A DNA stretch of 64,000 nucleotides from an uncultured Methanoregulaceae archaeon (lineage in GTDB: Archaea; Halobacteriota; Methanomicrobia; Methanomicrobiales; Methanospirillaceae), in contig CAWJAX010000003.1 in the NCBI GenBank assembly GCA_963841015.1, forward strand, positions 480,001-544,000, read 5' to 3'. Within the stretch, counting starts at the first letter, position 1. Every line of letters begins with the position of its first letter. Below the pieces are notes generated by a model. That model did not search any database, had not been told where the DNA came from, and saw only the letters and a list, made by a program, of their open reading frames with translations. Both the position numbers and the translations under genes were made by a program. Below are positions 29,439 through 41,154 of the stretch, piece after piece.

Positions 29439-31161
29439 TTACAAATCTCCCGTGGAATAATAGGTCAGGTCCTGCTCTTCTGCTTTCCATGCTTTTATGA
29501 TATCATTCACGGAACTGTCAAACCTGACCTCCCCGGTTTTTTTCTCTATTCCGGATGCACGGAGGACATCCCGGACTTTCCCGGTGGCATTTGCAATTCT
29601 CAAGGTAATTCCCTGTCCTGAAAGATCGTCATACAGGTCATTGATCATGTCCGCTGCAGTAACATCAATGATAGGTGACGGGGAGAGGTCAATTACCACA
29701 AGCCCGACGGGTATTGCCTGCTGTTGTATAAGTTTTTTTACCCGTTCCTGGAGGATGTGGGAGTTGGCAAAAATCAAGGGTGCATCAACCCGGAGTACCA
29801 GTATTCCTGCGGTCTCTTCCTTTGCCGGTTTCCGGGTTACATCACCGTAAAGGGTAGTTCCGGGTATGCGTCCCTGAACAGGAATATAGGGGAAGGAGAT
29901 ATTGTAAAGAATTCCGATTAACGAGAGAAACACCCCGATAACAACACCGGCAAGAATGCCGAAAACCAGTACCCGGCAAATGTGATGAGGGCAATGTATA
30001 CCTCATATTTATTCACCGACCAGATCCGAAGGAATCCACGGAAATCCACCATGTTGATTACAGCCGCGATAATCAGAACTGCAAGTATCGGTTCTGGCAG
30101 ATAATATAAAAATCCCGTGAAGAACAGGACAACCAGGATAGCAACCAGACCCGCAAGTGCCCCGGAAAGGGGTGTCAGGGCACCTGCCCGGTCATTCACT
30201 GCAGATTTACTGAAGCTGCCGGCAACCGGGAAGCCCTGGAAAAAACCGGTTCCGATACTGCTTGCCCCAAGGGCAAGCAGCTCCTGATCCGTATCAATCT
30301 TATAGTTCCGGGTCTTGGCGTACGTCCGGGCAATGGACGTCAGTTCCACGTACGAAAGAAGGAAAAGGGCCATGGCCAGGGGGAAGACTACGGAGAAATC
30401 CTGTGGACCCACATCCGGGATTGCAAAACAGGGAAGTCCGCTGGGGACTGCCCCGACAATCTCCACACCTTTTTCCGGAAGGGAGGAAAATGAGGTTATG
30501 ATGATTGCCCCGACAACCAGGACCAGGCTGCCGGGTAACCGGGTACCTTCTTTTCGAGGATTAACAGAATAACAAGTCCCGTTATCCCGACTGCCACTGA
30601 ATAGAGATTTGCATACTCGAGGTTCTGGAGAACATAGATGGCCTTTGCAAAAAAATCTGAAGGGGCCCCTGCAATACCCAGTATTTTTGGGATCTGGCTC
30701 ATGATGATGACAAGACCGGTTCCCACCAGGAAACCCTTCAGGACGGGTCCCGAAATAAGGTTCACTAAAAATCCCAGCCTGAGGAACCAGGCAACCACAG
30801 CAATAACACCGACAAGGATTGCGGTATACGATGCCAGCATGATATACCGGTACGGATCACCCATCGCGATAACAGCGAGAACCGAGGCCAGAAGAATAGC
30901 TTCGGATGAACTGGCTCCCACAACTGCCTGACGGGATGTGGCAAACAGGAAATAAAGGAGCGGGGCAACGATGGAAACATACAACCCGTACTGGGGCGGG
31001 AGCCCGGCAAGGGATGCATACGCCATCCCGTCAGGAATCGCAAAGGCAGCGAGTGTCAGGCCTGCCACCAGGTCAAACCGCAGCCATTTCCGATCGTACT
31101 TCGGGAGCCAGGAAAGTACAGGAATATAGGGTGTGATTCTCGATAGTACCTTTTGATACAC
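29439..31161 (-). pseudogene. SulP transporter split by two -1 frameshifts (pseudogene or sequencing error)
   Basis: Three consecutive fragments; single-base losses near 30541 (CCC-GG) and 29973 (GCC-GG-GTA) restore one frame. Confidence 0.88.
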
Positions 31162-31250
31162 TTCCTGCTTCGTCGTTCATTGTTCTCCAGGAGGGGATTT
31201 GTTTATTATGGAGAAAATGAGTGAAATCTTATTTAATGTTTCGATGAAAG

Positions 31251-31430
31251 GGTTCCGGAGAATTTTTTATCAGGATATGAAATACAAAAACACAAGCACA
31301 ATGATGGAGGGGGCCGTGCCTGTCCCCTCTTACCGCCCCTGCGGTGATAGCGAGGGTGAAATAAGCACCTCAACAGGGGATTATCCCTGTGGGAGAGCAG
31401 AAATGGCGGGATTGAAACCTCCGTGAACGT
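31251..31430 (+). repeat. Structured intergenic repeat copy 4 (module A)
   Basis: GGTTCCGGAGAA start; GATATGAAAT; GGGGGCCGTGCCTGTCCCC; TACCGCCCCTGCG; GGCGGGATTGAAACC. Confidence 0.8.
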
Positions 31431-31544
31431 CCGGGTTTATTACCCTGCCTGCATATATGAAAAGAAGATGTGCAAGCTCTTTCTCCTCACTTCCCTGTCA
31501 TGACGGATGATCACCTCAAATACTATGAGTATATATCCTAGTGC

Positions 31545-32006
31545 ATGAACTGGCACCTTTTTGCTGTCTTTGGCATTATCGCAGCCGTGGTCCTTATCGC
31601 GGGTTGCAGCATGCTCGTAAAAGATCCCCAGATTGAGGTGAATGATGTCGCGGTAACATCAGTTTCACTTCAGGAAATCGGACTCAATGTCACGCTGAAT
31701 GTCAATAATCCGAACCCCATCGGGATTACCCTGAAGTCAGTAGCATTTGATGTATACTACCAGCAGGGGAATGACTGGGTTGCTGTTGGCCATGGTGAAG
31801 GCGGGGGATATGAGATCAAACCCGGAATGAACCTGGTACTGGTCCCGGTTACGCTGAAAACATCAGAGCTGCTTGGGGCAGGCATTGGTGCACTCATGAA
31901 GGGAGAGATCACGCTCCAGATTCGCGGGACTGCAGTTCCTGACCTGTTCGGACTTAATCCGAAGATACCGTTTTCTCACACGACAACAATTCCGGTGAAA
32001 CTGTAA
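31545..32006 (+). CDS. LEA_2/WHy domain lipoprotein
   Basis: IAGC lipobox, NNPNPIGI motif. Confidence 0.85.
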   Translation: MNWHLFAVFGIIAAVVLIAGCSMLVKDPQIEVNDVAVTSVSLQEIGLNVTLNVNNPNPIGITLKSVAFDVYYQQGNDWVAVGHGEGGGYEIKPGMNLVLVPVTLKTSELLGAGIGALMKGEITLQIRGTAVPDLFGLNPKIPFSHTTTIPVKL

Positions 32007-32217
32007 AGTCAGTAATAGGAAATCATTAATCATTTTTACCATATCTGAAATAATCACAACACGGCTTGAATAGATCAGGGGATCCTGTCCCGGCCCGGCA
32101 TGACCCTGTTTGGTTCAGTGGAGCCGGATGCGCATCAGACGTTCACCGGAGATATTCCCCGCTATCTTATCGGAACATTATCCTTGGATTAAGCCAGCCA
32201 ATTCCTGACTAAGAAAA

Positions 32218-32600
32218 TTATATCTTTACCAGCCTTCTGTTTCTGAGCCTGATCCCGTTAAACAGCAGCAAAAGTCCCAGTAAAAAAGCGATAACACCAA
32301 CGATTATCATGAGTCCCTGCAATATACCCATCGGATTCAGGAAGATAAGGATCCCAGGAACGAGTAAGGTGATAGCAATGATAACCCTGCTGGAAAAACC
32401 CTCGGGAATCGCTGCACGACCCTTTCTCGCCCGAGCAAGCAGGATAGTAGCACTCGCAATCATCCATATAGCGAATATCCCAAGGATAACAACCATCCAC
32501 ACGTTGAAGGGAGAATAAAACAGGATAATTCCCGCGACGATGATCCCAATCCCACGATACAGGAGACTTCCGTATGCTGCCGGAAAAGACGGCACCTTCA
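32218..32600 (-). pseudogene. 5'-truncated DUF308/HdeD-like membrane protein
   Basis: Hydrophobic helices ending NGIRLRNR; no credible N-terminus. Confidence 0.55.
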
Positions 32601-32816
32601 AGCAGGTCATGTGTGGGGTGAGCCCGCAAGGAGTTCAGGTGACCAGTTTCAAGGCCCCTTCAGAGGAGTATCTCGTTCACGATTATTTGTGGCGTAACTT
32701 TACCGTCATTCCGATGAGAGGGGATATCGCTATTTTCAACCGCTCCTGTTGTGAAGAAGTCCTCGCGGTGAGAGTCCATGGGAACCAGCCTAGAGCGACT
32801 TTTATGTCTTCTTCGA

Positions 32817-33728
32817 TCAACCTTCAGGGAGGGTACTCAGGGAATCCTTATAACCGGTCTTGGGAGCGGCCGGGAAGGGCGAGTTGTCCCTAAGTTTGAC
32901 ATTCGCAGCCCTTAAGCCGTCAATGCTGCGCTGAAGATAGTCCGAAATGATCTCGTTACGCATCTCGGGCAACGGCGTCCACATGGAGATCAGGTAATCG
33001 ACTCCGTCCTGGGTGGCCTTCACCATACTTACTACAGGGAACATCTGCTCCGGCGGCAGCTCGACCGTTACCTTCGTGTTCATATGCTTTATCCCGACCG
33101 GCAGTTTCACCATTTTCTCCAAGGACCTTTTCGCTTGGGGGAAGACATATGGGCTGTCCCTGGCCACATCGAGAAGCACTTTTTTGACCCTCCCGGAGTC
33201 TTCCTGATACGGTAGTGTTAACTGCACCTGCACTTCCAGGTACCCGCTCTCGGAGAAGTTGAGGAGCTTGTGCATGAAGATGTAGGAGTTGGGGACGAAG
33301 TACACTTTTCCCCCGCTCTCCCTTATTTTCACCATCTGCAATGATATATCCAGCACCTCGGCCGGTCCAGTTTGCCAGGGGCGGTCGCCTATTTCCACCC
33401 ATTGCCCTATCTGAAGGCGGCCATCGATTGCTATCAGGAGGCCGGCCACAAAGTTCTGAATGACGTTCTGTGCGCCAAATGTCAGGGCGAAGGTCAGGGC
33501 ACCTATAACTACAGCAACGAGAGTTTCGCTCGCCCCGAAGAGGACCAGTCCTCCTATCAGGACGAAGATTACAACCGTGAGCCATTGCACAACCCTTCCC
33601 AGACTCTTACCCCGGGCTATGCCGGCGAAGGGCTTGGTGAACCTGATTGTTATGCGGGACAGAATGAAACCCAGGAGAAGGCCAAACCCTATCAGAAGTA
33701 AACCCAGGATTAAGTTTTCAATCGTCAT
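32817..33728 (-). CDS. MscS family mechanosensitive channel
   Basis: [30 protein letters not shown]. Confidence 0.9.
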   Translation of the reverse strand: MTIENLILGLLLIGFGLLLGFILSRITIRFTKPFAGIARGKSLGRVVQWLTVVIFVLIGGLVLFGASETLVAVVIGALTFALTFGAQNVIQNFVAGLLIAIDGRLQIGQWVEIGDRPWQTGPAEVLDISLQMVKIRESGGKVYFVPNSYIFMHKLLNFSESGYLEVQVQLTLPYQEDSGRVKKVLLDVARDSPYVFPQAKRSLEKMVKLPVGIKHMNTKVTVELPPEQMFPVVSMVKATQDGVDYLISMWTPLPEMRNEIISDYLQRSIDGLRAANVKLRDNSPFPAAPKTGYKDSLSTLPEG

Positions 33729-33830
33729 GATCGTCTTTTCTCTGTCCTACCTAACCTGAAAGGGACTCAGACAATTGTTATTACATTACGCCATGATGAA
33801 GTTCTTTTCGTTTTTATTACGTGCAGGGAC

Positions 33831-33856
33831 AAAAAGGCCGGCATATGGTGCCGGCC
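33831..33856 (-). terminator. Bacterial-type intrinsic terminator
   Basis: Minus strand GGCCGGCA-CCATA-TGCCGGCC-TTTTT downstream of the P-type ATPase. Confidence 0.65.
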
Positions 33857-33982
33857 ACGGAGCGCCCACCGAGCGGAGCGGCAAGGTGGGTGTTGCTGCT
33901 ATTTCCCAACCCCTTTGATCGGACAGGGGGCCGATCGGTGCTCTCCATCTGTGAAGCCAGGAACAAGCACCCGCCCGGGTGC

Positions 33983-36800
33983 TCATACCGGGGCGGGTAC
34001 TACAACGGGAGGAATTGCCGCGTCGTGCTTGCGGCGGCTGCGGAGGAAGATCTTAAGGATCTCGTAAACGATGAGCAGGACGAAAGCCAGGCCGAAGCAG
34101 AGCAGCCACTGGTTACCGGTGAGCGAGGTCAGGCCCAGGCCTCGCTGCAGGAAGCCCAGTTCAGTCGGCAGGAAAATGAACAGCAGGGCCAGACCGTTGA
34201 GCAGTACCTGGTTTTTATCGTGCAGGATATTCCGGTTGAACGCTGTCTGGGTTTCACTATGGCAGCTGAGACCGCTGATGACAACGAAGAGCGAGAAGAC
34301 GACGAATGCCATGGTAGCGGCCACCACGGCTCCCGCCGGTTCAGCGACGGCTTCCACGATCAAGGTACCGGCCGCCATGAGGATCCCGATAAAGCCGATG
34401 CGCACCCATTGCGAGCTTGAGAGAACCGGCTGGGCAATCGGACGCGGTGTTCGTTCCATCAGCCCGGGTGCAGGCTTGTCGAAGCCAAGAGAGACAGCGA
34501 CGGGTACCTGGACGAGGAAGTTGATCCACAGGACAACGAACGGCTCAAACGGCACGCCACCGGAGATGTAGAAGAACGCTGCACCCAGGTATGCCACAAT
34601 ATACGCCACCAGGTTCGTCATCTGGTAGCGAATGAAATTGGACAGGTTCTCATAAATCCCCCGTCCGAACTCCACCGCCTTGACAATGGTAGCGAAGTTG
34701 TCGTCAGTCAGGATCATCACGGCAGCTCCTTTCGAGACTTCAGTGCCCGTGATGCCCATCGCGACCCCGATGTCAGCCTTCTTGAGGGCCGGCGCATCGT
34801 TGACGCCATCTCCCGTCATGGCGACGATATTCTGCTGACGCTGCAGGAGATCCACCAGGCGAATCTTGTCCTCGGGGGCAACTCGTGCCACTACGCCGAT
34901 ATTGGGCAGATCTTTCATCAGCTGGTCATCACTCATGGCGGCGAACTCCGCGCCGGTGAGCGCCTTTCCCTCGATGCCCAGCTCATGTCCGATGGCCGCC
35001 GCAGTCACGGCATGGTCTCCAGTGATCATGCGTACCTGGATACCGGCGCTGTGGCATTTGGCAATGGCATCTTTGGCCTCGGGACGTGGCGGGTCTACGA
35101 TACCTACCATGGCAAGCAGGGTGAGGTCTTTCACCTGGTCGAGCAGTCTGGCTTTCGGATCAAACGTCTTTGGATCGAAGTCACGGCGTGCGACCACCAT
35201 CACCCGTTCTCCTGCCTGTGCCATGCGGTCGTTTTCCCTGAATGCCAAAGGACGGTTCTCTTCGGTGACCGGCAGCACCTCGCCACCGGGCATCCAGTAC
35301 GAGTTGCTGCGGGCGATCAGCACATCAGGAGCACCTTTGACAAAGCACCGCACGACAGGATTGCCCTTTTCATCGGTCATGTTGTGGAACGTGGCCATGA
35401 ACTTGTAATCGGAGTCGAACGGCACCTCTGCCACGCGGGGGTACATCGTGCGTGCACCGTCCACGCTGATACCGCCTTTCTCCGCCAGCACAATCAGTGC
35501 ACCTTCGGTAGGATCCCCGATCAGGGTGCCGTTGTCGAGACGGGCGTCAGCACACAACGCCATGGGCATGAGGATCGGATCGAGATCAACCCGGGCACCC
35601 CCTGCGCTCAGCAGCTTGCCTTCTGTGCTATAGGACAGGGTATTCTTCTGCCATGGCTGCAATCCAGCTATACCGCTGGACAACTCCATTGTCCCTTTCG
35701 TGCCATACCCTTCACCGGTCACGGTGAAACGGTTCTGGCCGGGGATGGTGAACTCGCGGGCGGTCATCTTGTTGAGCGTCAGCGTCCCCGTTTTGTCAGA
35801 GCAGATTGCCGAGACAGAACCCAGCGTCTCGACCGAAGGCAGGCGCTTGACAATAGCACCCAGGCTGGCCAGCGCCCGCGTTCCCATGGAATACATCGTA
35901 GTCACGACAGCAGGCAGGCCGGTGGGTATAGCTGCAATCGCCAGGGCAATGCCGGCAAGGAAGATTGTCTCGAAGGAATCGCCGTGGCTCAAACCCAGGA
36001 TAACCATCAGGACAAACGCCAGACCAGCCATGCCGGCAATGATAATGATCAACTTGTCGAGCTGTTTCTGCAAAGGTGTCTTGTCGGACTTGGTCTTGTT
36101 GAGCAGGTCTGCGATATGGCCCATCTCGGTGCCCATACCGGTAGTGGTTACAATCATCTCGCCGCGGCCACGGGTCACCGCGGTGTTCATAAAGGCCATG
36201 CAAAGACGGTCACCGAGAGCCACCTCGGTTTTGGTGATCGCCCCGGTGTCCTTTGGCGAGGCTACGCTCTCGCCCGTCAGTGCGGCCTCCTCGATCTCGA
36301 GGGTCGCGGTGACAAACAGGCGCCCGTCTGCCGGCACGCGGTTGCCCGCTTCCATCAGCACGATATCGCCCGGCACCAGATTCCTCAGCTTCAATCTCAA
36401 TCGCCTGGCCGTCACGCCGTACCCGGGCTATGTTCTTCATCATCTTCTCAAGTGCAGCCAGGCTGGCTTCAGCCTTGGATTCGCCCCGCAGTCCCAATAT
36501 TGCGTTGAAAACAGTCAGGCCCAGCAGCACCAGGGTCGTGCCTGCTTCGCCAGTGACCACCAGGCTGATAACGGCAACGCCAACCAGGAGAATCTGCATG
36601 AAGTCCCGGTACTGGCGCAGGAAAGCCTGCCAGCCCGACTCCTTCTTCTTGGCGGCCAGAATGTTGGGGCCGTACTGCTGCAGGCGCTGCTGCGCTTCGG
36701 GCGTGCTTAGCCCTTTTGCCGGATCAACCTTCAGTTGTTGCGCAACTGCTTCCGGCGACATCGTATACCATTTCAGTTGTTCCTGTACCGTTTCTGCCAT
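33983..36800 (-). pseudogene. P-type (P2A Ca2+-like) cation ATPase with one +1 frameshift near 36380
   Basis: TGES, ICSDKTGTLT, KGAPD, TGD, GDGVNDAPALK; the N-terminal 36800 ORF joins at AEE/LVPGD. Confidence 0.9.
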
Positions 36801-36815
36801 CCTGTGTACCTCTTT

Positions 36816-37712
36816 TTAGTATTTCTCTGGAATCCAGCGGAAGGGATAATCCGGCTCCACGTAGTCACCCTTCGGCTGGCGTTTGGGGAGCTTCACCTTC
36901 TCACGGGGGACTTCCTTGTAGGGGATCAGACTTAACAGGTGAGCGATGCAGTTCAGTCGCCCGCGCCGCTGGTCGTGCGAATCCACGACGTACCAAGGTG
37001 ATTCGGGGGTATCCGTGGCCTTAAACATGGCGTCACGGGCCCGCGAGTAGTCGTACCAGCGGCGATGGCTCTCGAGGTCCATCGGGCTGAGCTTCCAGAT
37101 CTTCCGGTAGTCATCGATGCGTTCCTCGAAACGCTCGGTCTGGTCTTCCATGGTCTCTTCCAGCCAGTACTTGACCAGGATAATCCCGGATCCAATCATT
37201 GCCTGTTCGACGGGGGGCACCCACTGCAGGAACTTTTCAACCTGGTCCTCCGGGGTGAATCCCATTACCCGCTCAACACCTGCCCGGTTGTACCAGCTGC
37301 GGTCGAAGAGTACCACTTCACCTGCTGCCGGCAGGTGCGGAATGTACCGCTGGACGTACATCTGGGACTTCTCCCGCTCGGTGGGTGTCGGCAGGGCTAT
37401 CACCCGGAAGACACGCGGGCTTGTGCGTTCGGTGATGCGTTTGATGACGCCGCCCTTTCCGGCGGCATCTCGGCCTTCGAAGAGCACACAAACCTTGGCA
37501 CCGCTGACCTTCACCCACTCCTGCAACTTGACGAGCTCGATCTGGAGCTTCTCCAGCTCCTTCTCGAATTCCTTGCGGCCCATCTTCTCCCTGGATTTTA
37601 CCGCTGTTTCAGGAGCTGCTGATCCTTCAAGTGCAGCGGGGATGACAGCCTGCGCCTCAGCCCTTGCCTTTGCCTTGCCCTTTCCTTTTTTCTTGTCTTT
37701 CTGCTTCGCCAT
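36816..37712 (-). CDS. ppk2: Polyphosphate kinase 2
   Basis: FEGRDAAGKGG, FDRSWYNRAGVERVMGF, WKLSPMD. Confidence 0.95.
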   Translation of the reverse strand: MAKQKDKKKGKGKAKARAEAQAVIPAALEGSAAPETAVKSREKMGRKEFEKELEKLQIELVKLQEWVKVSGAKVCVLFEGRDAAGKGGVIKRITERTSPRVFRVIALPTPTEREKSQMYVQRYIPHLPAAGEVVLFDRSWYNRAGVERVMGFTPEDQVEKFLQWVPPVEQAMIGSGIILVKYWLEETMEDQTERFEERIDDYRKIWKLSPMDLESHRRWYDYSRARDAMFKATDTPESPWYVVDSHDQRRGRLNCIAHLLSLIPYKEVPREKVKLPKRQPKGDYVEPDYPFRWIPEKY

Positions 37713-37960
37713 AGGTACTCCTCCATGTTCTTTTAAGTTTATAAATCCTGCATTCCGAGTCAGGAGCGATGGATTCACATAACGTACGGCGTACCAGTGG
37801 GGCTCAGTCTTTTTCCCGGCGTGATCCTCCTGGCATTGGGCGAGATCTTCAAAGCATCTCCCGGCTACAGGAATGGAGTTCCCCCGCTGCAGTGTAAGGC
37901 GGGAAATACCGATGGAATCGAATCAAATCCCTTTTTTTATTATTTAAAGTTAAAAGAATT

Positions 37961-38387
37961 GACTCTGGAGAATTCCGTTAATTTGATATGAAATTCAAGA
38001 TGCTGGTACGATGAAGGAGGGGACAGTGCCTGTCCCCCATACCGCCCCTGCGCTAAGCGATGATAACGTAGCACCTGTTCGGGGGTTATCGCATCGGGGG
38101 AGCCGCAGCGGCGGGGGTGAAACCCCCATGAGCGTATAGCTTGTAATTGAGCATTTCCCCTGAAAATTTAACTATTCAGTTATGATACGAGATTTTTTTT
38201 CATACTTCTCCAAGTGCGATGATCCCCGCCGCCCCCGAAGGGTTATCCCCGCGGCGGATCAGGAACAAACAGTTCAAAAAAAATCCTGCCCGCCGTGCCT
38301 CTAAAGAGGCCTTGAGGCGGGTTTCCATCGTATACATTACGATTTTCATGGTTCGGTAGTGAACCACCTAGATTCAAATCTGTTTCT
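37961..38387 (+). repeat. Structured intergenic repeat copy 5 (longest: modules A-B-C)
   Basis: Contains the segments matching copies at 3.5, 12.2, 16.1 and 31.3 kb. Confidence 0.87.
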
Positions 38388-38416
38388 AAAAAGCCAAAGA
38401 ACTATTCACCGGGGTA

Positions 38417-40028
38417 TCATACCTGCCCCTCTTCCGGTACCGTTTTTACCGCCGGTAAACGTCTGGCGATGAGATACGCCACAAACGCTGTAAAGGCCAT
38501 AAACATCAACGTAATAATGAACGCATTTTGACGGGCGGCGTCATAGATTCTGAGGGCTTCAGACTTCATACACTCCATTCTCCTGGATGCTTTCCGACAC
38601 TACATCGGTCGAAACAACCTCCATGCTCGTCGCCATGTCCTGGCTGATCTGCTGCTTTAATTCGCAGGGAAATACCGTGCTCTGTTCCACCATCATCCCT
38701 ACCCCGCCCGTTAACGCCACCACCAGAATAGTGCCGATCACCGCGGTTCCCACGGAACTCCCCAGGGTTTCCAGGGTTGAAGCGATCCCCGACGCCTCCG
38801 CGGTCTGCCCGGGTGTCACTGCTGACATGATCAGGTTAATAATTTGCGACACCACCAGACCCATCCCCAGACCGTACACAAACAAACCAGGCATCAGACC
38901 CGCCGGGGCATTTCCGATAAACAAATACCCGATCATAATGAGCACCCCGGCAACAGCAATTAAAAATCCCCCCATGACCTTCTTTTTGGGTAAAATAGTG
39001 AGTCCCCGTTTCGCTCCACCCATGGCCGTCAGCAACAGACCTGCGGTTAACGCTAAGAGAATAAACCCGGTTTCAAAGGCGCTGATCCCATAGGTTACCT
39101 GCAAAAACAAGGGTACCGAAAAAGTAGTTCCGGCAATCAGAGCTACCTGGATAAATCTCACGTTCAGGCCCGTCACAAAATCCTTGATCCTGAACATCAT
39201 CAAGTCTACCAGCCTGTCCCTGCCCGTATCCTCTAAGTGCTGCTCCCAATGGACAAACTGGATTAAACAAACTACTGCTGCTCCATATAAAAGCGGGACA
39301 ATGGAGAGGCCAAAAGGAGCAAATTCGTAACCAGCGATCATAAACGGTTGTTTGGCAAAGATCAACCCGTAATCTGCAATCAGGAGCGTCCCTAAAACAA
39401 ACAACACCATGGCCCCTGCCTGCCACAAAACCCCCACTTTATCCAGTACCGGTCTCACGCTACCCATCACATCCTTGGGAATCGCTTTGCTCATCAGTAA
39501 GACCCCGACCAGCACCAGCACTTCCAGACGAAAAGCCCAGCGCCAGGAAAAATACGTGGTCAGAAAACCACCGATAATCGGTCCTACAGCCATGGCCATC
39601 GCATTGATGCCCCCCATCATCCCGTAAGCCCTGACCCGTTCAATGCCGGTAATATACGCCCGGATGATGGTATTCACGTTTGGCAGCATCAGGGCCGCCC
39701 CAAATCCCTGAATAGCACACCATCCCAGAATAAAGATCGTCAGATTATTACTCACGGAAGCCAGTAAACTACCGACAATATAAAACAGGGCTCCTGTCAG
39801 AAACGTTTTCTTCATCCCGATAATATCGGCCAGTTTCCCACCCATAAGAACAAACGCTGCCATCATCAAAGCGTTGAGGGCAATTGCCGCCTGTACCCCG
39901 GAAACAGTGGTTTGTAAATCGTTGACCAGCGCCGAAATGGACACGTTCATGATGGTGTTATCCAACACCACCACAAACGTTCCCAGAGCCATTACCACTA
40001 CTAAACTTTTTCCAACCTTCAGGGCCAT
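38417..40028 (-). CDS. MFS transporter (DHA2) with +1 frameshift near 38563
   Basis: GGKLADIIG; the other frame continues EALRIYDAARQNAFIITLMF...EGQV*, supplying the last TM. Confidence 0.85.
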
Positions 40029-40339
40029 GCATTTGCTCCTGTTAAAACCTATTCATTATCTCTGGAATGAATCCAGTCAACACTTAAGGTCAATTGCTGA
40101 AAATACGATTTAATCTTTTCTATATTTTCATTTCACCGGGGAAAAGCACCGGGGAAAGCAAAGGTATCTGCAGTCCCCGCTGGTTGTAAGGATAACGGGG
40201 GGATACCCTCTGGTGAGATAATCGGGGAATTTTAGTATGCATAACCATGATGGAAGGATGAAGCAGACAGGATAGTAATAGTTAAAATAATGTGCACCGT
40301 TTAATAAAACTGACAGGTAAATTCCTGAAAGAGTGTACA

Positions 40340-40909
40340 ATGAAAAAAATTGTTGTGAAAAAAGAAGAACAGGGCGGGACCGTTCTTTTTACCTTCCGGT
40401 TCAAGGCAATCGGGCAGCTTCTTGATGAGGGAGATCCCACCCCGCTTCCCGAAAAGGAGTTGACAGAGGAGGCAGAGGATGCTCTCGCCGGGCATCTCGA
40501 TGAATACCGGGTTGGCAGATCCGCAAGTCTGGTCATTGAACTGCCGGAAAAAGATCTTACCGGTGTTCCATCCTCTCTCATCACCGAAACTGTTCATCAC
40601 CATTTCGGATTTCGGTATGATGACGTGACCCATGACATGAAAATTCATCTGAGAGAGGGGATATACAGTATCATGCTTTTACTGGGAAATATTGCCATTC
40701 TGGTATTGTTCGTCTACTATGCCACGAAGAATGAACTCCCTCTTGACGCAGTTAGTGCTACCTTAATATTAGGATTTATTACCATCATGAACTGGGTGAC
40801 CGTATGGCATACCTACGAACATTTTATGTACGACTACCGGAACCTAGCCCGGAAACGGTGGATATTTGAAAAAATCACCAAAATCCCGGTTACTATCCGA
40901 GGATATTAA
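40340..40909 (+). CDS. Hypothetical membrane protein
   Basis: QLLD..DPTPLPEKEL motif, two C-terminal TMs. Confidence 0.78.
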   Translation: MKKIVVKKEEQGGTVLFTFRFKAIGQLLDEGDPTPLPEKELTEEAEDALAGHLDEYRVGRSASLVIELPEKDLTGVPSSLITETVHHHFGFRYDDVTHDMKIHLREGIYSIMLLLGNIAILVLFVYYATKNELPLDAVSATLILGFITIMNWVTVWHTYEHFMYDYRNLARKRWIFEKITKIPVTIRGY

Positions 40910-41154
40910 AAGATAATTTACCGGATTTTTTTTAAAAAGTGTGAAGCATTGTTCCAAAAAAAGAAACAATGGGAATGAATGACCCACATGCCGTTCAATA
41001 CGAAGGGAATACACGTCAGAAAAAGGCGATAAAAGGCGGTTTTCCCGTGCATTTCATCTCCACCTTTGCACTCCATCGGGTGTTCGTACTATGGGTATCA
41101 TTCGAAAGAGATCGGTAATATGATTAAGAGGTTGCATTCAAATATTGCAATATT

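Noticed and set aside
34985-36508. 507-aa plus-strand ORF (and 35700-36710)
   Set aside because: Antisense shadow of the GC-rich P-type ATPase; no protein-like motifs.
3516-38387. Repeat family as CRISPR array, tRNA, SRP/RNase P RNA or riboswitch
   Set aside because: No regular repeat-spacer period, no cloverleaf or recognisable signature, and position is independent of downstream gene orientation. An Rfam scan is still needed.
38559-38561. TGA in the MFS gene as possible selenocysteine or readthrough
   Set aside because: The continuation is in a different frame, so this is an indel rather than recoding.
40136-40160. Short tandem CACCGGGGAAA(A)GCA duplication
   Set aside because: Only two short units; not enough evidence of function.
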